DNA of 64,000 nucleotides. Source: Bryobacterales bacterium. Its GTDB lineage: Bacteria > Acidobacteriota > Terriglobia > Bryobacterales > UBA6623. Of the stretch, positions 21,503-32,351 are shown piece by piece (within the stretch, counting starts at the first letter, position 1; the number at the start of each line of letters is the position of its first letter). The notes beneath the pieces are model-generated. The model was not told where the DNA came from. It did no database searches and saw only the letters and a program-made list of their open reading frames with translations. Location: NCBI GenBank assembly GCA_963422375.2, contig OY729427.2, positions 512,001 through 576,000 of the forward strand. The letters are read 5' to 3'. Made by a program: the position numbers and the translations under genes.

Positions 21503-22999
21503 TCAGGCCTCGGGGTATTCCATCGTCAGGGGGTCGGGGAGCGGGATCGCCCGGATCCCGGCGTCTCCCGCCATGGACTCGAAGGAGAACTCCGGACGGT
21601 CTGGGTTGCCGACGAGAACCGACTGGCGGTCTCCGACCACCAGCACGACGAGTCTGTCCGGGCGGAGGTGCGCCTGCGCCGCGTCGAGGACGTCGTCCGC
21701 GCTGACCGCCGCAACCCTCTCGCGGTACGTCTTCCAGTAATCCTTCTCGCGGCCGGTGAACTCGTCGGAGGCGAAGGTGCCGGCGACCTGGCCCGCGGTG
21801 GCGAAGAACCGCGGGAAGATCTCGACTGCGTAGTTCTTGGCGGTGTCGAGCTCCTCGCCGGTTACCTTGCCGTCCTGGATGCGCCGCATCTCCTCCATCA
21901 CGATGGCGGCGGCTTGGGCGCAGGTGGCATTGCGCGACTGGAAGCCCGCCTGGAACGTGCCGGGATAGTAGGTGCCGGGCTGGAATCTGGAGTACGCGCT
22001 GTAGGCGAGGCCTTCGTCCGAGCGGACGCGCGTCATGATTCGCGAGGTGAAGCCGCCGCCACCGAGGATGGAGTTCATGATGCGGACCTTGAAGGCGTCG
22101 GGATGGTCTCGCTGGATGCCCAGGTGGCCGAGCGCCACGTGCGACTGGTTCACGTCGCGACCAGTCTTGTCCACGACGTAGACGCCCGGGCGGGGCGCGT
22201 TCTGCGGGGCTGGAATCGCGGCCGGTTCGAGGGTGGCGGGCGGCCAGCCCCCGGCCAGCGCCTCGTCAAGGCGACGCACCATGTCGTCCGTGTCGAAGTC
22301 CCCCGACACGGAAAAGTACATGCGCGACGGATCGAAGCTCCGCGCGTGGAAGCGCTGCATTGCCTCGCGGGAAACCGCCTGGATGGAAGACTCCGTCGAT
22401 TGCACGGTGGTGAAGTGCTCGCCCCGCAGCAGGCGACCGAACTCGCGCGAGAGAATCGATGCTAGGCGATCATTGCGCCGCGGGAGTCCCTGCAGCGTGC
22501 GGGCCCGAGCGACCTCCAAGCGCTCGGCGTCGAAGCCCGGATTCTTGAGCATGTCGAAGAACATGCCGAGAGACTCGTCGAGATTCTGGGCTAGGCAATC
22601 GACGGAACCACCCCCGGAGGTCGAGCCGACGCTGGCCCCGAGCTGCGTGGCGAGGAACGCGGCTTCCTCGTCGAAGTCCCGCGCGCTCCGGGTGGCCGTG
22701 CCCCCAGCGCGCATCTGGCTGCCGGTGAACGATGCCAGGCCGGCGCTCTCGGCCGGCAGCTGGTACGAGCCGGCCCGCAGGGTGAGCGAGACCCGGACCA
22801 AGGGCAGCTGGTGGTCCTCGACGAGGTAGGCGACCGAGCCGGAGGCCAGCTCGCGCCGGAAGGCCGCCGGGTCGGGCGGGTCGTAGCGCAACTGCGGGTA
22901 GACCAGATCCCGGGGGTGCTGCGGGATGCCTTCCTGCGCGCGGGCGGCCGCCGCTAGCGCGCCGCCTCCGACCGTCCTGATCCAGTCGCGCCGCCTCAT
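21503..22999 (-). CDS. M16 (pitrilysin) family protein, non-catalytic subunit
   Basis: No HxxEH; ILGGGGFTSRIMTRVRSDEGLAYS; twin-arginine-like leader MRRRDW. Confidence 0.88.
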   Translation of the reverse strand: MRRRDWIRTVGGGALAAAARAQEGIPQHPRDLVYPQLRYDPPDPAAFRRELASGSVAYLVEDHQLPLVRVSLTLRAGSYQLPAESAGLASFTGSQMRAGGTATRSARDFDEEAAFLATQLGASVGSTSGGGSVDCLAQNLDESLGMFFDMLKNPGFDAERLEVARARTLQGLPRRNDRLASILSREFGRLLRGEHFTTVQSTESSIQAVSREAMQRFHARSFDPSRMYFSVSGDFDTDDMVRRLDEALAGGWPPATLEPAAIPAPQNAPRPGVYVVDKTGRDVNQSHVALGHLGIQRDHPDAFKVRIMNSILGGGGFTSRIMTRVRSDEGLAYSAYSRFQPGTYYPGTFQAGFQSRNATCAQAAAIVMEEMRRIQDGKVTGEELDTAKNYAVEIFPRFFATAGQVAGTFASDEFTGREKDYWKTYRERVAAVSADDVLDAAQAHLRPDRLVVLVVGDRQSVLVGNPDRPEFSFESMAGDAGIRAIPLPDPLTMEYPEA

Positions 23000-24549
23000 C
23001 GCGGGCCTCCTTGCCGACGGGGGCCGCCGGGCGGGGCCGCGCCCTCCTTGGTGTAGTACAGGGCCACGGTCCGGTTCGTCTCACCGAAGTACCGTTGCGC
23101 CACGCGCTGCACCTCCTCCGCGGTGACCGCTTGAATGCGGTCCGAGAACGCGTTGATGTTGCTCCACTCGCCGAGCGCCTCGTAGACGAGCAGCTGGACC
23201 ATCAGCCCGAATTGGGACTGCAGCTTGCGGAAGTCCCCGGCCATCTGCTGGTTCTTGACCTTCTGCAGCTCGCGTTTGCCGACAGGCTCCCGGGCGAGGA
23301 GGTCAAGCTCGCCCAGCAGGGCGGCCTCGACCTCCTCGGGCGTCTTGCCGGGAGCGGCAACCCCTTGCAGCTGAAACGAGCCGTCGTACTTGCGCCCGTT
23401 GACCCCGGCTCCCGCCTGGACGGCCACCTTCTGCTCGAGGACCAGCGACTTGTAGAGGCGGCCCGTGCGCCCGTTCAGAATGGCCGAGAGGACGATGAGA
23501 GGCGGCTCGTCCACGTGCGCGTCTGGCACGGTGTGGAACCGGATGGCGGCCTGCGGCCTCGTCTCGGCATGGCCGACGAGACGCTGCTCCGCCTGTTGCT
23601 CGACCTCGCGCGTGCGCACGGCGCCCGGCGGCTCGGCGCGGCGCTCCAGCCGGCCGAAGTACTTGCGCGCGAGCTGCTTGACGGTCTCCGGGTCGAAGTC
23701 GCCCACCATGGCGGCGACGAGGTTGTTCGGGGAGTAGTACCGGTCGAAGTACTCCATGGCCTCGGCGCGGGTGATCGCGTCCAAGTCGCTCGGCCAGCCG
23801 ATCACGGGCCAGCCGTAGGGGGAGGACTGCCAGAACATCGACTCGACCTGCTCGTCCAGCTTGCCCGTGGGGGTGGAGTCGACGCGCAGGCGGCGCTCCT
23901 CGCGAACGACGTCGCGCTCGCTGTAGAACTGCCGGAAGACCGGGTTGGTCAGCCGGTCGGACTCCATCCAGAACCACAGCTCGAGCTTGTTCGAGGGCAC
24001 GTTGATGAAATAGATCGTGTAGTCGCTCGAGGTCCCAGCGTTCATCCCCGAGCCGCCGTTGGTGGTGTAGATCCGCGAGAATTCATCCTTGACGATCAGC
24101 TGGCGCTGCTCCTCGATCAGCTGGTCGAACCGCTCCAGCAGGGCGGTGTGCTCGGGGCTGCGGCTGGCCGGGTCATTCGGATCATCAATCAGGCCCCGCC
24201 GGTGCTTCTCGAGCAGGGCCGCGCGCTCGCCTTGGATGCGGCCGCGCAGGGAGTCGAGTTCCTCGATTATCTGGGCGTCGCGCTCGATGTCCCGGGTCCC
24301 GATGGTCTGGGTGCCCTTGAACATCATGTGCTCGAAGAGGTGCGCCACCCCGGTCACGCCGGGCCTCTCGTTGACCGAGCCGAACTTGGCGACCCATCCG
24401 GCCGCGACGTTCGGGTCGCCCGAGCGCGGCAGCAGCAGGAACTTCATGCCGTTTTCGAGGACGAACTCCTCGACTTCGACGCGCTGGCCGGAGAGCGAGG
24501 CGGCGAGGAGCAGGGCGCAGGCCAGGGCGATGCGGATTCGACGCGGCAT
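22996..24549 (-). CDS. M16 family zinc peptidase, catalytic subunit
   Basis: GVAHLFEHMMFKGT (HxxEH), NAGTS and ERDVVREERR motifs; 4-bp overlap with the next gene. Confidence 0.92.
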   Translation of the reverse strand: MPRRIRIALACALLLAASLSGQRVEVEEFVLENGMKFLLLPRSGDPNVAAGWVAKFGSVNERPGVTGVAHLFEHMMFKGTQTIGTRDIERDAQIIEELDSLRGRIQGERAALLEKHRRGLIDDPNDPASRSPEHTALLERFDQLIEEQRQLIVKDEFSRIYTTNGGSGMNAGTSSDYTIYFINVPSNKLELWFWMESDRLTNPVFRQFYSERDVVREERRLRVDSTPTGKLDEQVESMFWQSSPYGWPVIGWPSDLDAITRAEAMEYFDRYYSPNNLVAAMVGDFDPETVKQLARKYFGRLERRAEPPGAVRTREVEQQAEQRLVGHAETRPQAAIRFHTVPDAHVDEPPLIVLSAILNGRTGRLYKSLVLEQKVAVQAGAGVNGRKYDGSFQLQGVAAPGKTPEEVEAALLGELDLLAREPVGKRELQKVKNQQMAGDFRKLQSQFGLMVQLLVYEALGEWSNINAFSDRIQAVTAEEVQRVAQRYFGETNRTVALYYTKEGAAPPGGPRRQGGPR

Positions 24550-24633
24550 GGAACTCCCTCAAGTATGGCCTACCGTCCCGCGTAGGGCCGCGGTCCGCAC
24601 GCGCGGCTCCCGCGGTGATATCCTTGGCGCTCC

Positions 24634-25860
24634 GTGCGGCTGACGGCGATCTCGCGCAGCGCGGCCACTCTAGCGCCCGGCATCTTTATCATCGGCTACG
24701 TCGTCGGAACCGGCAGCGTCACGGCGATGAGTTCCGCGGGAGCGAGCTACGGCATGTCGCTGACTTGGACAGTGGCCCTAGCGTCGCTGTTCACCCACCT
24801 GATGATCATCGGCATCAGCCGACTGACGGTCCTGTCGGGAGAGACGCTGCTGCACCTGTCCCGCAAGCACTTCGGGGCCGCCGTGACGCTGCTGATCATC
24901 CTCTCGCTCGCCGCGACGCAGCTCGCTTCCATCGTGGGCGTGATGGCGATCGTGGCGGACGTGCTGCGCGAATGGACCGGCTCGGCCCTGGGCTGGGAGG
25001 CGGATCCGCTTGCGTCCGCGATCCTACTGACGGCTCTCCTGCTCACGCTCTTCTGGGTCGGCCGCCACGCGTTCTTCCTCAAGGTGCTGGCGTCGTTGGT
25101 GGGCGTGATGGGAGTCGCGTTCTTCTTGACAGCCGGCCTCGTGCTCCCGGATCTGCGGGAGCTGGCGGCGGGGATGGTGCCGGGCCTGCCCCGGACCGGC
25201 AGCCCGCGCCTGCTGATTGCCGGGATGGTCGGCACCACGATGGCTTCGGTGGTGCTATTCACGCGCAGCGTGCTGGTCAAGGAAGAGGGCTGGACGGCGC
25301 GGGACCTCCCGCTGGTGACCCGCGACTCGGCGTTTTCGATGACCGTCTTGTTCTTCGTCAATGCCGCCATCATGGCCTGCGCGGCGGGGACGCTCAATCG
25401 ACAGGGCATGGAAGTCGAGGCGGCCATCGACATGGTCAGGGCCCTGGAGCCGCTGACCGGGGAGCTCGCGGCCGGCGCGTTCGCGCTCGGCATTGTGGCG
25501 GCGGGCCTGTCGTCGCTGTTCCCGAACTACTTGCTTGGCCCTTGGATGGCGGCGGATTTCCTCGGCCTGCCGCGCGACATGGGGCGGGCTGCATTCCGGG
25601 CTATGGTGGTGGGGGCGTCGCTGGTCGGCTTGGCCGTGCCTGTGCTGGGTGGCAGGCCGGTGCAGATCATGGTGGCGTCGCAGGCGCTGAGCCCGGTCGC
25701 GATGCCGCTGCTGGCCCTGTTCGTCCTGATCCTGCTCAACAAGGCGGAAGTGACCGGCAACCGCCGTCCGTCGCTGGCGCTTAACGCGGGGTTGGCCCTC
25801 ACCGTGCTGTTTTCGTTCTACATGTGCTACATCGCGCTCTCGGGCTTCCTAGGAGGCTGA
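24634..25860 (+). CDS. NRAMP-family divalent cation transporter-like protein
   Basis: APGIFIIGYVVGTGSVT and GMVGTT motifs; about 11 TM segments. Confidence 0.8.
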   Translation: MRLTAISRSAATLAPGIFIIGYVVGTGSVTAMSSAGASYGMSLTWTVALASLFTHLMIIGISRLTVLSGETLLHLSRKHFGAAVTLLIILSLAATQLASIVGVMAIVADVLREWTGSALGWEADPLASAILLTALLLTLFWVGRHAFFLKVLASLVGVMGVAFFLTAGLVLPDLRELAAGMVPGLPRTGSPRLLIAGMVGTTMASVVLFTRSVLVKEEGWTARDLPLVTRDSAFSMTVLFFVNAAIMACAAGTLNRQGMEVEAAIDMVRALEPLTGELAAGAFALGIVAAGLSSLFPNYLLGPWMAADFLGLPRDMGRAAFRAMVVGASLVGLAVPVLGGRPVQIMVASQALSPVAMPLLALFVLILLNKAEVTGNRRPSLALNAGLALTVLFSFYMCYIALSGFLGG

Positions 25861-26537
25861 GCCGGGCCCGGGCGCTGCCCAGCTTCTCGCGCCGCCCGCC
25901 AGCGCTCGACATGGGCGAGGGCCCGCTCCGCGGTTCCCTCGCCGACCATGCCTCGCTCTCGGTAGTAGGAAACCACGTCGCGGATGCGGTAGAGGCTATG
26001 GACGGGATAGCCCTGCGAGCGCAAGCCGAGGTCCCCGCCCTGCTCGCGGTCGACCACCACGAGAATCCGCGTCACGTCCAAGCCCGCTTCGCGAAGGTAG
26101 CGCGTCGACCAGACCTTCGTCCCGCCCGATGCGATCACGTCGTCCACCAAGGTGATTTCCCTGCTCGGATCGCACGTTCCCATGTATGCGCTGGCACCGG
26201 AGTGGCCTCCGGGATACGCCGCCGGCTGCTTCCGCAGCTGCCCGTAGTACAGCGGACGCTGGGTGCCGCGGGACGCGAGGGCCGCAGCTAGGGCCAGCGG
26301 CGTAGCGGTATCGGGTATGCCGATCACCTGCTGCGTTCGAGGGGAACCCCGGGCGAGTTCGACGATCTTGCCGTGAATCCTCCGTCCCAACGCGTGCAGC
26401 AGGTCGAGGTCGTCATAGAGCCCGTGGCGCAGGTCGATGAATATCGGGGTGTTGAGCGCGTACTCTTCCCGGACGCGGTCGCCAAGCAGGATCAGGCCGC
26501 GTTCCCAGAAAGCGTCAAGGAGCCGATCTGGTGCCAT
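25827..26537 (-). CDS. type I phosphoribosyltransferase, orotate-PRT-like
   Basis: PIFIDLR, PRPP loop LVDDVIASGGT, VVVDREQGG. Confidence 0.75.
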   Translation of the reverse strand: MAPDRLLDAFWERGLILLGDRVREEYALNTPIFIDLRHGLYDDLDLLHALGRRIHGKIVELARGSPRTQQVIGIPDTATPLALAAALASRGTQRPLYYGQLRKQPAAYPGGHSGASAYMGTCDPSREITLVDDVIASGGTKVWSTRYLREAGLDVTRILVVVDREQGGDLGLRSQGYPVHSLYRIRDVVSYYRERGMVGEGTAERALAHVERWRAAREAGQRPGPAQPPRKPESAM

Positions 26538-26920
26538 GGGGCGTCGGAATCCAAGTGCAGCCTACCAGCGTAGCGACGCGGCGCGCGAGTCCGTAGCAGC
26601 CGCGACTCTGCACGGCGCGGGACCAGCCGGAGCCGGGGCAGCCGCCGTGCTGCGCACGGCTCGCAATTCCGCAGGAGCGTAGCACGAAGCGCGTTCGGAC
26701 GCTCCTTGGGCCCGTACGGGCTCCCGGGGCGGATGGGCATCCGCGCAACTCGCACAATCGCATGGATGGAACGGTCGTTCGGCAGGTCGGCAAGCACGGC
26801 CGGAATCGAACATCCGGTGAAGGAATGTGTTCGGCAGGTCGGCCCGACGAATCGAAGGGCTCCAACGGTCTCCGTTGAAGCGCACGCTCCGGGCTCCGGT
26901 CCCTCGGGCGATCGCACCAA

Positions 26921-27903
26921 GAGGGTGCTGAGAAGGGTATCGACGGCAGTCTGGCGCAGGCAGGCACTTGTACTCTTGCTAGCGGAATTTGTGAGCTAGG
27001 GTATATGCCCCATGTCCTGGACTCGCTGCTGAGCGCCTTCCGCGAGACGGACGCCTGCCTGCCCGACCGGCGCGACGGTCGCAACAAGCGCTACGAGGTC
27101 AGCGACGCCGCCGGTTGCGCCCCGGCCTGCTTCTTCACCCAGTGCGAGTCGTTCCTCGCGTTCCAGCGGCGCACGGAGCGGGACGGCTCCCGCTCCAACT
27201 GCCGGACCCTGTTCGGCGCGGGCCGCATCCCCTGCGACAACCGGATCCGCAACTTGCTCGACGACCTCGACCCGGCCGCGCTCGACCCGCTGTTCCGGCC
27301 GTGGCCTCGAAACCGTGGCCGCGCAGGGCGCGCTCGCGCCCTTCCAGCGCCTCGACGGGCGCCTGCCGGCGGCTCCGGACGGCGTCCGGTTCCACCGCTC
27401 CGACACGGTGCATTGCCCGCAGTGCTCGGTGCGGCGCGTCGGTAGCGAGCGCCGACCGCATCACTTCCGCACCATGGTCGCGGCCACCGCGGTGGCCGAG
27501 GGCCACGCTGCGCCCGCAGCAGGACGCGGCCGCGACCCGCGCCGACATGAGCGAGGACGCGCGCAAGCGGGACTGCGAGCGCAACGCCGCCAAGCGCCGG
27601 CTCGCCGCTCACGGCGCCTGGCTGCAGGCCTGCCGCCCCGTCCTGCCGGGCGACGCCTTGTATTGCTGCCAGCCGGTCTGCGAGGCCGCCGCGGCGGCCG
27701 GCATGGACTACATCCGGGTATGCAAGCCCGGATCCCGCAAGCGCTTGTACGAGGTGCTGGAGAGCCGGCGGGCGAGCGGCGCGGTGCGCTCGACCGGCTG
27801 GCTGCCGCGGCGCGGGAAGGGCAAGCGGTCCGAGCGGCACCGTTTCCGCTGGACGGTCGCGGTGCCCCTGCGCCAGGGCCGCGACGCCCTGCGGGGCACT
27901 TGG
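26921..27903 (+). mobile_element. truncated ISNCY-type element, copy A (transposase pseudogene from 27005)
   Basis: Near-identical to about 49950-50974. LPDRR.GRNKRY, FFTQCESFLAFQR, IPCDNRIRNLLD and DCERNAAKR motifs. Frameshift near 27304, internal deletion near 27509, no TIRs. Confidence 0.85.
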
Positions 27904-28207
27904 GTCGTGCAGGGCTTCGCGCGGACGCGGTTTCGCTCGCCAGCTAGAGCCACTTGGGGAGGCAAGCTTCCACCGTGAGCGAGATCGGAGAACCTGGCTG
28001 ATCTCACGCTGCGATGGAACTCCTCCCGCCTGCCCCAGACTCACTCGGCTGCCCTGAGCTGGCCGCTGTTCAGTAGGCGCCCAAGCATCTAGGCGTGGTC
28101 GCAAGTCAGCTTACGGATAGCGCACGACGACTCCGCCTTACGCCCGGCACGCGAGCAGCGGCCAGGTCGGGTGCGTCGGGCAACTCTTCCCGGCACTGCG
28201 CCGGCAT

Positions 28208-29731
28208 TCAACGGCGCACCGGAATCGCACGAGGCTCCGGCATGTTATCCACGAAGCCCGCGCCGTCCTCCCGCAGTTCCGCGATCGCAAGCTCCCGCAT
28301 TCGCTCGAGCCTAGCGCTGAATTCCGGCTTGATCGCCAGATTGTCAAGTTCGTCGGGGTCGTTCCGGAGATCGTAGAGCTCCTCGAGATCGTGGACCAGA
28401 GGCCGGACGTACTTGTAGCGCCCCTCCACGAGCATCACGTACCACGGGACGTTCGAGTGGATCACCTCGTCCCCTGCGGGGATCGCGTCCGTGTCCGACC
28501 CGTATCGCCTGCCCGTCGCCGTCAGCAGCACCGGATGAGGCCATTCGCGGTCGGGATCCTCTAAAAGGGGCGAGAGGTCCTCGCCGTGCATCGGCCACGG
28601 CAGGTCCAAACCCGCGAATCGGAAGATCGTGGGCACGATGTCCACGCCCGCCACGGGCCTCGGGCAAACGGCCCCTTCCGGGATTCTGCCGGGGAACGAG
28701 ATTACCAGCGGGGAACGGATGCTGGCATCGTACGGCGCCACCTTCTGCCGCATTCCGTGCTGGCCCCAAGCGAATCCCTGATCGGACGTCCATATGACCA
28801 ACGTGTTGTCGCGCTGGCCCGTCTCCTCGAGCGCCTTGAGCACGCGGTCGATGCCCTCGTCGAGGGCCAGAACGCCTTGGTGGTACTGACGGGTCCAAGA
28901 CGTCAGAGAACGGTCGCGGTACATCGGTGTGCCGTCGGGACCGCGCTCCCAGAACGCGATCTTCTGCGCCCAGTCCGGCTTGCCCGGCCGGGGCGGGAAG
29001 ACGTCGGCAGGCGTGTCGAAATCGATGCCCGGGTACTCGTCAAGGTGCCGGTCCGCCGGGGTGAACGGGCCGTGGACGGCGCCGTAGCAAAGCCACAGAT
29101 ACCAAGGCTTGCTCGCGTCCCGGTCCTTGCCATTTATCAGATCCACGGCCCAGTCGGTGTACTGGTCCGAGGAGTACCGCTCCAGCACCTTCGTCTCGCC
29201 GCCGTTGTAGGTGATGGGCTGGTTGTAGTAGTAGTTGCCGCTGGTCTCGGTGTATTTCGGCCGGTTCCACACGATCTGGAAATCCCAGTCGCGCCCGTAG
29301 CCGGTGTCCGTCCCGGTGTGCCACTTGCCGATCTGCGCGGTGAAGTAGCCGTTCTCGCGGAACACCTTGGGCCAGAAGGGAGCTTGGTCGGGGTCGTAGG
29401 TGCTGCCGGGATATGCGCCCACCATCCGCATCGACTCGACGCCGAACTGATGGTGTCCCGTCAGCAGCGTCGCACGCGACGGCATGCACCACGTGCCGAT
29501 GTAGGCGTACTCGAAGCGCACGCCCTGTGAGGCAAGGCGGTCCATGGCAGGCGTCCGCACCCACGGGTACGACTGGGGGTACGCCCCTACCGTGCGGTAC
29601 GAATGGTCGTCCGTGTAGATGAATAGGACGTTGGGGCGATCGGGGGTCGCGGCCGGGAGTCCAGCCGCAGACGCCCAGGCGAGGCACAGGCCTAGGGCTG
29701 CGAGACGGTGACGCAATGAAACTGCTTGCAT
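28208..29731 (-). CDS. sulfatase (formylglycine-dependent)
   Basis: PNVLFIYTDD, CMPSRATLLTG (CxPxR), GKWH and TSDQG motifs; AGGAG RBS; signal peptide. Confidence 0.93.
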   Translation of the reverse strand: MQAVSLRHRLAALGLCLAWASAAGLPAATPDRPNVLFIYTDDHSYRTVGAYPQSYPWVRTPAMDRLASQGVRFEYAYIGTWCMPSRATLLTGHHQFGVESMRMVGAYPGSTYDPDQAPFWPKVFRENGYFTAQIGKWHTGTDTGYGRDWDFQIVWNRPKYTETSGNYYYNQPITYNGGETKVLERYSSDQYTDWAVDLINGKDRDASKPWYLWLCYGAVHGPFTPADRHLDEYPGIDFDTPADVFPPRPGKPDWAQKIAFWERGPDGTPMYRDRSLTSWTRQYHQGVLALDEGIDRVLKALEETGQRDNTLVIWTSDQGFAWGQHGMRQKVAPYDASIRSPLVISFPGRIPEGAVCPRPVAGVDIVPTIFRFAGLDLPWPMHGEDLSPLLEDPDREWPHPVLLTATGRRYGSDTDAIPAGDEVIHSNVPWYVMLVEGRYKYVRPLVHDLEELYDLRNDPDELDNLAIKPEFSARLERMRELAIAELREDGAGFVDNMPEPRAIPVRR

Positions 29732-29825
29732 GGCGGACTCCTTCCGGGCGCCGTCAAGGGGCTGCCAGATTGTATCGCGCCGGAGAGGATCGAGCGCCCT
29801 CGGGGCGGAGGCGGGGCGCGGCCGC

Positions 29826-31109
29826 TCAGCAGGCCAGGTGCTCGCGCCCGAAGCGGCGGCCCTGGATGTCGCCGAGCACGCTCAGCGCGATGCGGTCCTG
29901 GCGAAACCAGTCTTTGGCCAGATCCCGGACCTGGGTCGCGGTGACCGCTTCGATCAGCCCCTTGATCTCGTCAAGGGAACGAACGCGACCTTGGAGCGTC
30001 TCCTGTCGCGCCAAGTTGGACATGCGGCTGGCTGTCGATTCCAAGGCCAGCATTAGGCTGCCCTTAAGGTGGTCCTTGGCGCGCCGAATCTCCGCCTCAG
30101 GGGCGAGGTTCGCCTTGAGATCCCTGAATTCCTCCGCGATATACTCGAGCACTCTCGGCACAGCGTCAAGGGCCGTGCCCGCCCCCACGAACAGGTGCCC
30201 GGTGTCGGAATACAGGTTGAGGTCGGAAAAGATGCTGTACGCCAGCCCGGCCTCCTCGCGGACCTTCTGGAACAGGCGGGAGCTGAAGCCTCCCCCGAGC
30301 AGCGTGCTGAGAACCAAACCGGCAAAGCGCCGAGGGTCGCGGGCACCGAAGGCCCCCACGCCCAAGGCGAGATGGACCTGCTCCAAGGAGGGCTTGTCGT
30401 GCAACACCACCTCGGGCGTCACCGCCGGGAGAGGACCGGGCGCTCTGGCTCCGGATGAGCGCATGCATCCGAACCTTGCCTCCGCGGCGCGGGCTAGCGA
30501 GTCATGGTCCAAGTTTCCAGCTGCCGTCACCAGGATGTTCGGCGCGCAAAACGTATCGTCGAAGAAGCGTCGCAGCTGGGGGCGCCGGAAGGAACGAATG
30601 GACTCCGGGCAGCCGATGATCGGCCGACCCATGCTTTGGCCACTCCAGAAACTCCGGGCGAAGATGATCCCGAGCAGATAATCGGGGTTGTCTTCGTCCA
30701 TCTTGAGCTCCTCCAGGATGACGCCCTTTTCACGCTCGATGTCCTCGTCCGCCAGCGCCGGCGCGCGCACCATATCGGCCAGAATGTCAAACACTCGCGT
30801 CCAGTGTTCGTCAAGGACCACAGCCGTGAATGCGGTCACCTCCTTACTCGTGAAGGCATCGATGTGGCCGCCCAACGCGTCAATTTCGTAGGCGATTTGG
30901 CGAGCCGAAAAGCGCGCGGTCCCCTTGAAGACCATGTGCTCCGCGAAGTGGGTGATGCCGGTCTCTGCATCCGCCTCGTGCCGGGATCCGGCGTTCAGCC
31001 AGACGCCCAGCGCCACGGACCGGACGGACGGAATGGCCTCGCTCAAAACACGGAGGCCGTTCGCAAGTACGGTCTTGCGAACGTTCGGCGACGGGGATGC
31101 GTGGGGCAA
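29826..31109 (-). CDS. cytoplasmic M16 family peptidase
   Basis: GITHFAEHMVFKGT and LGGGFSSRLFQKVREEAGLAYSI motifs. Start uncertain; TTG 31109 chosen. Confidence 0.9.
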   Translation of the reverse strand: MPHASPSPNVRKTVLANGLRVLSEAIPSVRSVALGVWLNAGSRHEADAETGITHFAEHMVFKGTARFSARQIAYEIDALGGHIDAFTSKEVTAFTAVVLDEHWTRVFDILADMVRAPALADEDIEREKGVILEELKMDEDNPDYLLGIIFARSFWSGQSMGRPIIGCPESIRSFRRPQLRRFFDDTFCAPNILVTAAGNLDHDSLARAAEARFGCMRSSGARAPGPLPAVTPEVVLHDKPSLEQVHLALGVGAFGARDPRRFAGLVLSTLLGGGFSSRLFQKVREEAGLAYSIFSDLNLYSDTGHLFVGAGTALDAVPRVLEYIAEEFRDLKANLAPEAEIRRAKDHLKGSLMLALESTASRMSNLARQETLQGRVRSLDEIKGLIEAVTATQVRDLAKDWFRQDRIALSVLGDIQGRRFGREHLAC

Positions 31110-31353
31110 GATCCATAGTAGCAACGCCAAGGTGGAGCGGAACTCGAGGCCCCGGCCTCCATGCGTGGAACCACGCCCCTCGATTGCGCGCAGGCTCCCG
31201 GCACCCGGGATCCACAAGACTGATCGTCAATCGGGGCCCAGCAACGTTGGTCGCCAGGAGGCCGCGCCGAGCCCGGTCGGGCACAGGGGGGAGGCGGCCT
31301 TCGACGCATGCCGATTGCGCGCGATCTCGCCTGATCGGGCGAGCCGGCCGTGA

Positions 31354-31359
31354 TAGAAT
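31354..31359 (+). promoter_or_regulatory. extended -10 box (TGaTAGAAT), probable leaderless transcript
   Basis: TGnTAGAAT 7 nt before ATG 31367. Confidence 0.6.
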
Positions 31360-31366
31360 CCGGGGG

Positions 31367-31690
31367 ATGAGCGAACTAGCGACGGTCGTCACCGCAGTGC
31401 TCGCAGGGGTACTGTCAGGATTGGGCGTGTGCCTGTGGGAGCTTCACTGGAAGCGTAGGAGAATGCTCGCGGACATGCGGGACATGCGCAGGCAGGTCGA
31501 CGAGTACCTCCAGCGCCAAGCGCAACTGGAACTCCGGATGGACGAGTTCAGGTGGCGGATCGAGCAGTTCGAGAAGCGGATGGACCAGCTGGAGTACCGG
31601 CAGCGGCTGGAGTTCCTCGACCTGCCGAAGGAGTGGCGGGAGGACTTCTACAACTTCGCCAAGCAGATGGCGAGCACGTCGCGAAACTAG
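31367..31690 (+). CDS. small membrane-anchored coiled-coil hypothetical protein
   Basis: TAGAAT 7 nt before ATG; N-terminal TM followed by a charged helical region; host-like codon usage. Confidence 0.7.
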   Translation: MSELATVVTAVLAGVLSGLGVCLWELHWKRRRMLADMRDMRRQVDEYLQRQAQLELRMDEFRWRIEQFEKRMDQLEYRQRLEFLDLPKEWREDFYNFAKQMASTSRN

Positions 31691-32351
31691 CTCGATATAC
31701 GGCCCGTCTCGACAAGTCCGCGGGTCGCCCGCGACGGATTCCGGATGTCGGACGGGCGCGGCCCGGGATCCAAGCTAGCGCACTGCCCGGACGCCGAGAC
31801 GTGGGGCGGACTCCCTGCGTGAGAGACTACGCATGGCTGCCGGTCCCATCGGCGCGAGGCGCGGTAGCTACCTTGGCCCCGCGACGACTGCCACGCAGAC
31901 CGGGGCGGGCGGCGCTGAAGATGGCGGTGGGGGGCGGGATGGTCCTGACGGAGCGGTCCGCCCTTAGCCGCCACAGGGTCCGGCAGGTCTACGCGGTCCC
32001 AGCCGATCGCGAGCGTCCGTGCAGGCGGCCGGTACGAATGGGATTGCTGCGGCCCGACCGAGCAGCATCGCGCGAATCTGCTTGCTCGCACCGACATTGG
32101 ACGCGCCGAGCGAGCGGCGGTTCCAGTTGCCGCGCCAAGCCGGGCAACTGCAGTCTCGCGCATCCTGCGGGGACAAGGGCTCGGTGGCGGATGGGACGCC
32201 TTTCGCCGGTCGGGCTGCAAGTCCTCCGACCCGAGACGGCGAGATAGCACTCATGCCGAAGAGCCGTTTGTTGCGCGGTCCCACGCGGCGGGAGCCGGCA
32301 TCCGGCTCGTTGGTACAATCCGGCAAGTTCCTTGATGCTAGGGAGCCCCCG

